DNA from: Candidatus Aenigmatarchaeota archaeon
GTDB taxonomy: Archaea > Aenigmatarchaeota > Aenigmatarchaeia > QMZP01
Assembly: GCA_043824495.1 (NCBI GenBank)
Contig: JBDRSV010000024.1
Coordinates: forward strand, 32,001 to 96,000
DNA: 64,000 nucleotides
Direction of reading: 5' to 3'
Positions 9,668 to 17,571 of the stretch are shown one piece after another. Positions within the stretch are counted from its first letter, which is position 1. Each line of letters begins with the position of its first letter. The notes below the pieces were generated by a model. That model did no database searches and was not told where the DNA came from. It worked only from the letters and a program-made list of their open reading frames with translations. Both the position numbers and the translations under genes were made by a program.

Positions 9668-10776
9668 TTTTCTAATCGTACGCCTTTTCTGTCCAATGTA
9701 GCGTCAATTATGTAGAAGTCGGCTTTTTTCCACTTCTCTTTAACTTCTTCAGATATTTTCTTATCGAAACTGATAGATATACCACAATCTCCACCACCAG
9801 CACCAGAAAGCTTGCCAGCAGCTCCACAGCCATTAGCTATTTCAGAAAGTAATCTAAGATCAGGTGTCTCTATAGGAACATCAGACTTCATACTGAGCTC
9901 CCTCAGATAATGTTCATTCTTCTTTATACAATCTAATATACCCTGCTTATCTCCTTGTTTCCAATGAGAAATCAATTGTTTCACTGTTCCTGATATGGCA
10001 TCATAGAGCATTTTGTATTCATCTCCATGTTTCTCCTTGAATCCTTTCATTTGTTTAACCATAGCAGATGTTGATGCAGACTTCTTTGTCCATCCTATGT
10101 CTAATATGAAATCCTCTGGGATTTCAAGCTCTTCTATGTATAACCCAGGCCATTTATCTTTAACTATATTCTTTATCGTTCTTCCCGTTTCTATTGCTTC
10201 TTCAAGCCAGTTTGGATCAAATCTCTTGTAAATAAAAATTCCACCGAATGTAGAAGCTGCAACATCAAAGGCAGATCCGACTTTACCTTGTGCGAAATAA
10301 TGAGCTATAGTAGATAATTTGTATATCACATTTTTTGTTTCTCTTTTTGTGATATCATGACCATGTAAAGCTAGAATAGATGACACAGTGGATACAACAG
10401 AAGCAGCAGATGAGCCGAAACCAATCTTCTTCTTCTCTCCATCAACTTCCAATTGGGACATTTCACCCCATGAAACAATATGAAATTTTTCAAATTCGCC
10501 TAGATATCTAAGTGTAGTCTCTATAGCACCTTTCATGAAAACAAGAATATCCTTTTCATCTTTTTGAGCATTTTGCCATTCTATATTTGCTCCATCAAAA
10601 GTAGCCCTTATATCTTTGATCCCAAAGTCTTCAACAGTAACGGAGATATCTTCTTCCTTTTTTATCTCACAAAAAACTTTCTTATCAACTGCAGCAACTA
10701 ATCCTGTGTTGCCTAATTCCAGAATTGCCCATTCTCCAGACAAAAACATCTTACCTGGTGATGCTATTTTCAACAT
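9664..10776 (-). CDS. mvaK2: Phosphomevalonate kinase (Gram-positive/ERG8-type GHMP kinase)
   Basis: SPGKMFLSGEWAIL, KKIGFGSSAA, HYFAQGKVGSAFDVAASTFGG and KLSGAGGGDCG; overlaps the mevalonate kinase stop. Confidence 0.88.
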   Translation of the reverse strand: MLKIASPGKMFLSGEWAILELGNTGLVAAVDKKVFCEIKKEEDISVTVEDFGIKDIRATFDGANIEWQNAQKDEKDILVFMKGAIETTLRYLGEFEKFHIVSWGEMSQLEVDGEKKKIGFGSSAASVVSTVSSILALHGHDITKRETKNVIYKLSTIAHYFAQGKVGSAFDVAASTFGGIFIYKRFDPNWLEEAIETGRTIKNIVKDKWPGLYIEELEIPEDFILDIGWTKKSASTSAMVKQMKGFKEKHGDEYKMLYDAISGTVKQLISHWKQGDKQGILDCIKKNEHYLRELSMKSDVPIETPDLRLLSEIANGCGAAGKLSGAGGGDCGISISFDKKISEEVKEKWKKADFYIIDATLDRKGVRLEN

Positions 10777-11705
10777 TACCCACCTATACTTGTTTTAATG
10801 GTTTTGAATCCCTTTTCTTCCATTATACTTGATATTTTTTCTTGTGTTTCTTCATCTGGAACCAAAGCGACCATGTATCCTCCGAGACCGCCACCGGTCA
10901 TCTTAGCTCCTATTGCTCCGTTTTCTTTAGCCAGAGCAACCAACATATCGAGCTCAGGAGAAGATACTCCGATATCTTGGAGTAACTTATGATTATCATC
11001 CATCAGCTTACCTACTTTCTGGGAATCGCCCTCTTCTAATGCTGTTCTAGCCTCTTGAACAAGAGCTTTTGCTTGATCGAATATTTGATTGTATTTCTCA
11101 GGGTTTTTTTCTTTCCTTTCTGCAACTCCTGCAACAGCTGCTTTTGTGTTTGCAACTATTCCAGTATTTCCCATAACTATAAGCATTGGCTTTTCTGTTT
11201 TGATCCTATCCATGACAGGAGGAGTTCCTTTCACAAACCAAATTAAACTACCATAAGTAGCTGCTGTATTATCAATACCTGAAGGAGTTCCATGATATCC
11301 CTTTTCTCCTTCGTAAGCTATTTCATTGATTTTTTCATCATCAAGATTTAGATTAAACTCCTCTGATAGCGCTCTTGCTATTGCTGCGCAAGAAGCAGCA
11401 GAAGATCCTACTCCACTAGCGGCTACGAGGTCTCCACCCAAAACAATCTTTAGGCCTGTTTCTTCTACATTTATTCCGACTTTTTGTAATATTTTGTTAT
11501 TAGAATCTGCTTGTTGTTCGAATTTTTCCTTCTTGTAACCTGGTATTTCAGGTCTTTTGTCTTCCAATTCGAATCCAGATCCTTCCTTTTTAATTGCTAT
11601 TGCGGTTGTTTTTGAGTTAATAGCTGATGCTATTGAAGGCACTCCATGCACAACAAAGTGTTCACCGAATAATATAACCTTACCAAAACCGTATCCTTTA
11701 CCCAT
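10776..11705 (-). CDS. mvk: Mevalonate kinase
   Basis: GKVILFGEHFVVHG, GVGSSAA, HGTPSGIDN, GAKMTGGGLGG. Confidence 0.93.
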   Translation of the reverse strand: MGKGYGFGKVILFGEHFVVHGVPSIASAINSKTTAIAIKKEGSGFELEDKRPEIPGYKKEKFEQQADSNNKILQKVGINVEETGLKIVLGGDLVAASGVGSSAASCAAIARALSEEFNLNLDDEKINEIAYEGEKGYHGTPSGIDNTAATYGSLIWFVKGTPPVMDRIKTEKPMLIVMGNTGIVANTKAAVAGVAERKEKNPEKYNQIFDQAKALVQEARTALEEGDSQKVGKLMDDNHKLLQDIGVSSPELDMLVALAKENGAIGAKMTGGGLGGYMVALVPDEETQEKISSIMEEKGFKTIKTSIGG

Positions 11706-11789
11706 GATATCACCTGTATGTGTGTTTATTTTAATCTTTATAAAACTTATGTTACCACATAATAGTAATATGCGATAATATGAGATGAG

Positions 11790-12170
11790 TTAGTCTAAAT
11801 ACTCATCAAGTATTCTTAAAAAGAATGCTGCAACATTGTTTTTCTTCTTGATCTCTTCTTTTGTGAACCATCCATGATCAGCTGCCTCTGCGCTTAGAAC
11901 AAGATCACCCTTCAATTTACATAGGAAAACGTGACACATGTGGTGATGATCTTCTTCTACTGTGTGCTTGAGTACTCCAAGCTCTTTTATGATCTCAACA
12001 CCACCTAGCTCTTCCTGTCCTTCTCTTATAGCTGCTTGTTCTGATGTTTCTCCTTCATCCACGTGTCCACCAGGACTCTCCCATCTACCTATATTTGGAG
12101 GATGAGATCTCTGAATAAGAAGAAATTTACCATCATTTTCTATTACTAACGTGGCTGTATCATGTATCAT
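11790..12170 (-). CDS. Nudix hydrolase
   Basis: Nudix box GGHVDEGETSEQAAIREGQEELG. Confidence 0.9.
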   Translation of the reverse strand: MIHDTATLVIENDGKFLLIQRSHPPNIGRWESPGGHVDEGETSEQAAIREGQEELGGVEIIKELGVLKHTVEEDHHHMCHVFLCKLKGDLVLSAEAADHGWFTKEEIKKKNNVAAFFLRILDEYLD

Positions 12171-12802
12171 AACATATCCTTTAATTCTCTGATATTATTA
12201 AGAACTGTCTCTGCACCTGCTTTTTCTAATTCTTCCTTAGAATCTCTACCAGTCGCAATTAATATAATATTCATATTAGCTGCTTTTGCAGCTTTAATAT
12301 CTATGAGAGAGTCTCCAACATATACACATTCATCTACAGGCAAACCTAGATCTTCAGCTGCTTTTAGAAGAGCATCTGGAGAAGGTTTGGGATTTTTTAT
12401 TTGTCCACTGAATATCATTACTTTAAACATGTCTTTCAATTTTTGTGGAAATAGAGGATCAAATTTATCTTTGCTGGAGTTTGTTACTATTGATAACACA
12501 TACTTCTGAGATAGGTAAGAAAGAACGTCTTCTACACCATCAAAAAGAATATTAGTGTCACCAACTTCTTCTATGTAATACTTGCCAGTCAGATTTCTCA
12601 ATAATTTTATGTCTTCTTGGTTTATGTCTTCCTTTCCTAGAATTCTTTTCATTTTTTCTATGGGAGACAAGGATATCCAATTCCCTATATCTTCCATAGT
12701 TACATTAGATCCAACTTCCTTTGCAGCCTTGTAATAAGCAGATTCATGGAACCTTAAATCATCTACAAGAGTTCCATTATAATCGAAAATGATAGCTTTC
12801 AT
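12167..12802 (-). CDS. HAD-superfamily phosphatase (subfamily IA, Gph-like)
   Basis: IIFDYNGTLVD, IVTN, KPSP, YVGDSLIDIKAA. Confidence 0.9.
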   Translation of the reverse strand: MKAIIFDYNGTLVDDLRFHESAYYKAAKEVGSNVTMEDIGNWISLSPIEKMKRILGKEDINQEDIKLLRNLTGKYYIEEVGDTNILFDGVEDVLSYLSQKYVLSIVTNSSKDKFDPLFPQKLKDMFKVMIFSGQIKNPKPSPDALLKAAEDLGLPVDECVYVGDSLIDIKAAKAANMNIILIATGRDSKEELEKAGAETVLNNIRELKDML

Positions 12803-12804
12803 AA

Positions 12805-13788
12805 TTAGAATAAATGATCATCTACAAGCCTTGCTTCCCCGCCAGGTTTGCATACAAGAACCTTTTCTATCCCTTTTATCTTGGATAATCTTTTTCCAAT
12901 TTCTTTTACATCTTTCTCTAAACACATTATCTTAACCTGAGGACCAGCATCGATTGTGAAGTAGCTTTCCAATCCTTCTTCTCTCCAGTCCATTACAGAA
13001 TGAATAACTCTCATAGTAACATCATTCCAGTAGATTATTGGAGGTTTTGTTGTCATCATGGTTGCATGCATTTTCAAACAATTATATTCGGCTGTCTCCC
13101 CAACTTTTGTGAAATTCTTTTCTTTTATCCCCTCTCTCACTTTATCTAAATCTTCATTCACAGTTTTTAGCCATCCATCATAATAAGGACACGTTGCAAC
13201 AGTTTGAGACATTCCTGCTCTACTTTTTACTTTTTTTTCTTTTGTTGATGTGATAACAGTAACAATTCTAAATTCTTTCCAGAAATTCTCGTCAGCTATT
13301 TGTACACCAAAAGAATCACTTCCGTCTTCTTTCTCTCCTTTAATCCATTCTACAAAACCGCCTTCTACAGATCTACTTGCAGATCCAGATCCTCTTCTAG
13401 AAAGAATTGAAAGTTCTTTTTTGTCTAAATTCAAGCCAGCAGCTTTTGCTCCTGCAACAGACAATGCGGCTAAACCAGACGCAGAAGAAGCTAATCCAGC
13501 AGCTACAGGAAAATTTCCTTTAGAAACTATCTTAGCTTTGTCTTTTATTCCAGCCATTTCTCTGATAACATCTAAATGGTCTAAAGTGCTAGCGCTTTCT
13601 AGTTCTTCTCCGTTGAGAATGAAAACATCCTTCTCATACTTAGGATCAAATTCGACAGTGGTATGAGTATTCAAATCACCTAGAGTCAAGGATATACTAC
13701 CATTATTAGGAAGCATAAGCTTTTTGTCCCTCTTTCCCCAATACTTAACCAATGCTATATTGGCATTAGCAATTGCTGTTGCTTTCAT
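12805..13788 (-). CDS. mvaD: Diphosphomevalonate decarboxylase
   Basis: ANANIALVKYWGKRD, GLASSASG, RRGSGSASRS, SRAGM, TIDAGPQV. ATG 13788 preferred over GTG 13797 because the GTGA there looks like the SD. Confidence 0.92.
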   Translation of the reverse strand: MKATAIANANIALVKYWGKRDKKLMLPNNGSISLTLGDLNTHTTVEFDPKYEKDVFILNGEELESASTLDHLDVIREMAGIKDKAKIVSKGNFPVAAGLASSASGLAALSVAGAKAAGLNLDKKELSILSRRGSGSASRSVEGGFVEWIKGEKEDGSDSFGVQIADENFWKEFRIVTVITSTKEKKVKSRAGMSQTVATCPYYDGWLKTVNEDLDKVREGIKEKNFTKVGETAEYNCLKMHATMMTTKPPIIYWNDVTMRVIHSVMDWREEGLESYFTIDAGPQVKIMCLEKDVKEIGKRLSKIKGIEKVLVCKPGGEARLVDDHLF

Positions 13789-13835
13789 ACAATTCACTTT
13801 TATTTGTAATTATTATAATAAACATTTAAAAGTCT

Positions 13836-13908
13836 GCCCCGGTGGCTCAGTCGGTAGAGCGTTGCATTGGTAATGCAGAGGTCGCGGGTTCAATTCCCGC
13901 CTGGGGCT
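13836..13908 (+). tRNA. tRNA-Thr(GGT), intronless
   Basis: Full cloverleaf: GCCCCGG/CTGGGGC acceptor, GCTC/GAGC D stem, TTGCA-TTGGTAA-TGCAG anticodon arm, GCGGG-TTCAATT-CCCGC T arm. Confidence 0.97.
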
Positions 13909-13916
13909 CTGCAATG

Positions 13917-13924
13917 TTTATAAA
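13917..13924 (+). promoter_or_regulatory. Putative TATA box for pre-tRNA-Trp
   Basis: TTTATAAA ~40 bp upstream of the reconstructed tRNA-Trp 5' end. Confidence 0.5.
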
Positions 13925-13964
13925 TAAATGAATCAACTATAGCAATATGTCATAACCCCGATGT

Positions 13965-14160
13965 GGGACAGTTTGTTGACTAGTTAACAAATTGCGCAAA
14001 GTCGTGAGGTAATGGCATCCTGGTAGGCTCCAATCGTCTCGATATGGAGATATGAGAAGGTTTTTTGACTTTCGGATGATAAGAAGAAACCTGCTTATGG
14101 GGGTTCGACTGGCTCTTTTCTGTGCGAGCAGAAAACGGTACGGAAGTCCCCTCGACCCCA
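13965..14160 (+). tRNA. tRNA-Trp(CCA) interrupted by three introns (3/4: 13968-14000; 37/38: 14034-14088; 59/60: 14110-14146)
   Basis: Joining 13965-67 + 14001-33 + 14089-109 + 14147-60 gives a 71-nt cloverleaf GGGGTCGTGAGGTAATGGCATCCTGGTAGGCTCCAAACCTGCTTATGGGGGTTCGACTCCCCTCGACCCCA. BHB motifs: 3/4 strict (TGTG/CGCA helix), 59/60 (TTCG/CGGA helix), 37/38 relaxed (CTCC/GAAG, one mismatch). Confidence 0.88.
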
Positions 14161-14172
14161 CCTTACTCAGAC

Positions 14173-15345
14173 TTGAAATCTCTTAAGTCTTCTGTAGTCA
14201 GTTCTGAGTCTTCAGACTGGGACATATACAATACTATACGACGGTATACTAACCATCTAAACAAAATACCACACTGGGATACAGCTGAAAATAACAAAGA
14301 ACTGATTCTAAATTTCTTGAAAAAGACAGAGATAGAAGGCATTGGACTAGTGCAAAGAGTCAAGTATGTGGATGCATTTCGTACCCTACTAACCGCTGTT
14401 AACAAAGATATGACCAAATTCACAGGTAAAGATCTGGAAGAATTCCTCTATCACATGAGAATCTACAAACCAAAAACAAGGCATACACGGTGGTACTCCA
14501 TAAAGAAATTCTTTAGGTACATAGACAAGAAGGACATCTACAACAACATAGAGCCCCATTTTGACAAGAAAGGAATGAAACTACCTGAAGAATTGCTAAC
14601 AGAAGATGACATCAAAAAGATGATTTCAGCAGCCAATAACATAAGAGATAAGGCTCTGATATCGGTTTTATACGAATCGGGTGCTAGAATAGGTGAACTC
14701 CTGACTAGAAGAAGAAAACACATCACATTCGACGATTATGGAGCAGTCATGACTGTGGATGGAAAGATAGGCATGAGGAGAGTAAGGCTAATACACTCTG
14801 TTCCTCTTCTAGCTAACTGGATGGAGAATCATCCAAAGAGAGATGATGACAATGTATTCCTTTGGATTAGTATGAATGATTATACAAATCCAGTCAAGTA
14901 CATGGCTATAGCCAATATGCTCAAGCTAACAGCCAAACATGCAGGAATAAAGAAGCGGATATATCCACATATATTCAGACATAGTAGAGCAACCTACATG
15001 GCCAACAAACTAACAGAACAACAACTAAAAGTATACTTCGGTTGGACTGGAGATAGTGCAATGGCTTCTACATATGTTCATCTATCAGGTAGAGATGTGG
15101 ATAACGCAATCTTGGAACTTAATGGAATAAAGGAGAAGACAGAAGAGAATGGAAACGGCTTCAAGGTAAAGAACTGTCCAAGGTGCAGAGTTAACTCTGA
15201 CCCCTCATCAAAATACTGTAATAGATGTGGTATGGTATTGGATGATAACGAAGCCTTTGATTTGAAAGATTTAACCTCAAATGAAGACTTCAAAGTCTTC
15301 CTACAAGAAGCATTCGTAAAATGGAAAGGTTCAAGAGTGGTTTAA
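14173..15345 (+). CDS. Tyrosine recombinase/integrase with C-terminal zinc ribbon
   Basis: LYESGARIGEL (Arg), GKIG (Lys), HIFRHSR, FGW, TYVH (Tyr), CPRC...CNRC. Start is uncertain: TTG 14173 assumed; the frame is open back through GTG 14122 inside the tRNA intron to a stop at 14080. Confidence 0.9.
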   Translation: MKSLKSSVVSSESSDWDIYNTIRRYTNHLNKIPHWDTAENNKELILNFLKKTEIEGIGLVQRVKYVDAFRTLLTAVNKDMTKFTGKDLEEFLYHMRIYKPKTRHTRWYSIKKFFRYIDKKDIYNNIEPHFDKKGMKLPEELLTEDDIKKMISAANNIRDKALISVLYESGARIGELLTRRRKHITFDDYGAVMTVDGKIGMRRVRLIHSVPLLANWMENHPKRDDDNVFLWISMNDYTNPVKYMAIANMLKLTAKHAGIKKRIYPHIFRHSRATYMANKLTEQQLKVYFGWTGDSAMASTYVHLSGRDVDNAILELNGIKEKTEENGNGFKVKNCPRCRVNSDPSSKYCNRCGMVLDDNEAFDLKDLTSNEDFKVFLQEAFVKWKGSRVV

Positions 15346-15350
15346 TCTTT
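15032..15350 (+). repeat. 319-bp direct repeat, copy 1 (integrase 3' end)
   Basis: Aligned by hand with 17255-17573: 20 differences in 319 nt. Confidence 0.95.
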
Positions 15351-15423
15351 GGGAATTAATAATCAAACTTTTCGATTTAAATGATTATTCCTATCACTAT
15401 ATCCCGTTAAATAGACAATACAA

Positions 15424-15455
15424 ACCAGATTTGCGATATTTCACACAAATCTGGT
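15424..15455 (-). terminator. Bacterial-style intrinsic terminator downstream of the PepD-like gene
   Basis: Perfect 10-bp arms accagatttg / caaatctggt around a 12-nt loop, followed by T-rich sequence on the minus strand, 20 bp after the stop. Confidence 0.6.
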
Positions 15456-15475
15456 ACTGTTGGTATTGTAATAGA

Positions 15476-17035
15476 TCACTTCGCCAGTGCAGGTAAGAGA
15501 CAATACAGGAAAAGATAGATATCTGCAACTGAGGAAACCAGTAGTCTCTCGTTTGCGGTGTGAAGATTCTCGATTGTTGGACCTGTCGCGATGATGTTCA
15601 TCCCAGGATACTCACCGGATATCACTCCACACTCGACGCCTGCATGCACTGCAGTGATAGTCACTGAGTCACGTGGTGTTAGGTAATCGTTGTGTAGATC
15701 GTTCCAGGTTTTCCCTGCAATTTCGAGTAGAGGCGAATCAACTGGCTCCCAGTTTGGGAATGGAGAACCGAGACTTGCTTCTGCACCGAACCTCTGACTG
15801 ATATCGGTTATCACTTCTTTCAGTGAGTCGAGGTCAGACATGGAGAACGACCGAGTCAGCATCGAAACTGTGAGAGTATCGCTGTCAATCTTCACGCACA
15901 TGTTGGAAGATGTTTGTGGAATTCCTTCCAGATGTGACATGGAAATGACACCGTTAGGCAGACTCAGGATCATATCGATCATGTTTTGTGTTGCTCCATG
16001 ATACGAGATACTTGATTGAGGATTTAATCTCGTCAACTCCATCTTGAAATTAGGATCGGTCGTTGGCACAAATTCCGCTACAAAGTCTTTCAAGATTCGC
16101 CAGAAAGTATCTTCGATATCTCGAACTTCGGCTGGAGTAGCGAAAATGGCTGTTGCCGTGACTGGAATGGCATTGGATCTCTCACCGGCTTCCATACTGA
16201 GAAGAGTGATTGGAAACTGAGAGGAATATTCTTTCAGAACTCGAGCCATGATCACTGCTGCATTTCCGCGACCGTGAACGATATCCACCCCGGAATGTCC
16301 ACCTGTCAGTCCAGAGATATTCAGCTTCCATTCCCACATATCATTCTGTTTGGCGAGTGGAGGGAGAGGCAGAGTAATAGTGGAGCCGAAACCACCAGCA
16401 GATCCTGTGTAGATAACCCCAATCATCTCTCCGTCGAGATTGATCATGTACTCTGCTAAGAGTTTCAGATCGAGGTTGAAAGCACCGATGAGACCATTCT
16501 CCTCCTGGACGGTGAACAGAAGTTCAAGAGGTCCATGCTCGATGAGTTCATACTCTACAGGAATCGCTATTGTCAGTGCTATTGCAATTCCAATCCCGTT
16601 GTCAGCTCCAATGGTGGTTCCCTCTGCGCTCAGCCATTCATTGTCCAGTACCAGTTTGAGTGGGAATCCCGTGGAATCGAATTCCTTTCCAGCATCATCC
16701 AGACATACCATATCCAAATGAGCCTGGAGAGCAACGACAGGTGCGTTTTTAAATCCTCGAGTTGCCGGCACATGGACGAGCAGATTCCCGATGGTATCCT
16801 GTTGGGTTTCCCATCCATGTTCATCTGCAATTGAGCAGATCCAGTCAGCGAGTGCTTGCTCGTGACCCGGACAGTGTGGAATCGCGCTGATTTCCTCGAA
16901 GAGGTTAAAAGCCCTGTGATGTTTGTACACATCTACTGGATTGATTTCTCCGTACTCGCTTGCTGATCCTATGCTCGGTAACAAGACCAAGCAAAGACCC
17001 AAGCAGACTAAAAGAACGGTCTTTCTCGAGGTCAT
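15476..17035 (-). CDS. PepD-like (M20C, beta-Ala-His dipeptidase-like) peptidase with N-terminal signal peptide
   Basis: LQAHLDMV, GADNGIG, TVQEENG, NLDGE, GGHSG, HAGVECG, LHTANE; signal peptide MTSRKTVLLVCLGLCLVLLPSIGSA; visibly higher GC; GGGGAG SD. Confidence 0.9.
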   Translation of the reverse strand: MTSRKTVLLVCLGLCLVLLPSIGSASEYGEINPVDVYKHHRAFNLFEEISAIPHCPGHEQALADWICSIADEHGWETQQDTIGNLLVHVPATRGFKNAPVVALQAHLDMVCLDDAGKEFDSTGFPLKLVLDNEWLSAEGTTIGADNGIGIAIALTIAIPVEYELIEHGPLELLFTVQEENGLIGAFNLDLKLLAEYMINLDGEMIGVIYTGSAGGFGSTITLPLPPLAKQNDMWEWKLNISGLTGGHSGVDIVHGRGNAAVIMARVLKEYSSQFPITLLSMEAGERSNAIPVTATAIFATPAEVRDIEDTFWRILKDFVAEFVPTTDPNFKMELTRLNPQSSISYHGATQNMIDMILSLPNGVISMSHLEGIPQTSSNMCVKIDSDTLTVSMLTRSFSMSDLDSLKEVITDISQRFGAEASLGSPFPNWEPVDSPLLEIAGKTWNDLHNDYLTPRDSVTITAVHAGVECGVISGEYPGMNIIATGPTIENLHTANERLLVSSVADIYLFLYCLLPALAK

Positions 17036-17254
17036 TTGACTCCCCTTTGCTCTGTACTGCGATTAAGAATTGTATATTAACTAACTCAAAGCACTACACG
17101 ACATACACACAATTGTCTTTCGTTGTCGCAGAGTGTTGTTTCCTGAAATACAGATGCTGACTTTACCTCGAACAAGGATCTTGTTCCAGATGTCTAAAGA
17201 GTGTCAGCGATGATATGTGGAATATGATAATTTCAATTGATAGTAAAATTTAAA

Positions 17255-17568
17255 TATACTTCGGTTGGACTGGAGACAGTGCAATGGCTTCTACATATGT
17301 CCATCTATCAGGTAGAGATGTAGATAATGCAATCCTAGAGCTCAATGGAATAAAGGAAAAGACAGAAGAGAATGGAAATGGTTTCAAAGTAAAGAAATGT
17401 CCAAGGTGCAGAGTTAACTCTGACCCCTCATCAAAATACTGTAATAGATGTGGTATGATCTTGGATGACAATGAAGCCTTTGATTTGAAAGATTTAACCT
17501 CAAATGAAGACTTCAAAGTCTTCCTACAAGAAGCATTCGTAAAATGGAAAGGTTCAAGAGAAGGTTAA
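17255..17568 (+). pseudogene. 5'-truncated integrase relic (copy 2 of the 319-bp repeat, 17255-17573)
   Basis: Encodes YFGWTGDSAMASTYVHLSG...CPRC...KWKGSREG*; lacks the catalytic Arg/Lys/HxxR region. Confidence 0.9.
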
Positions 17569-17571
17569 TCT

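Noticed and set aside
11790-12170. Nudix-fold gene as type 1 isopentenyl-diphosphate isomerase
   Set aside because: It has a canonical hydrolase Nudix box (PGGHV...REGQEE) and lacks the catalytic Cys (xCGHP) and E-x-E of IDI-1.
14034-14088. Possibility that the anticodon-loop intron is two tandem or nested introns using the internal GGAG (14046-49)
   Set aside because: I could not build a second BHB for the remaining piece in either splicing order; the GGAG is better explained as a C34 guide.
14028-14089. The 37/38 BHB helix partner GAAG would pair perfectly with CTTC, hinting at C34-to-U editing and UGA=Trp recoding
   Set aside because: TGA acts as a normal stop here (e.g. topA 46903, rps19 55169, rps3 56366) and no conserved gene shows in-frame TGA. 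A single mismatch in a relaxed BHB is the simpler explanation.
17036-17254. Expected attR duplicate of the tRNA-Trp 3' end, or an SSV-type int(N) fragment
   Set aside because: No copy of CCCCTCGACCCCA or an N-terminal integrase fragment was seen here or noticed elsewhere in the window.
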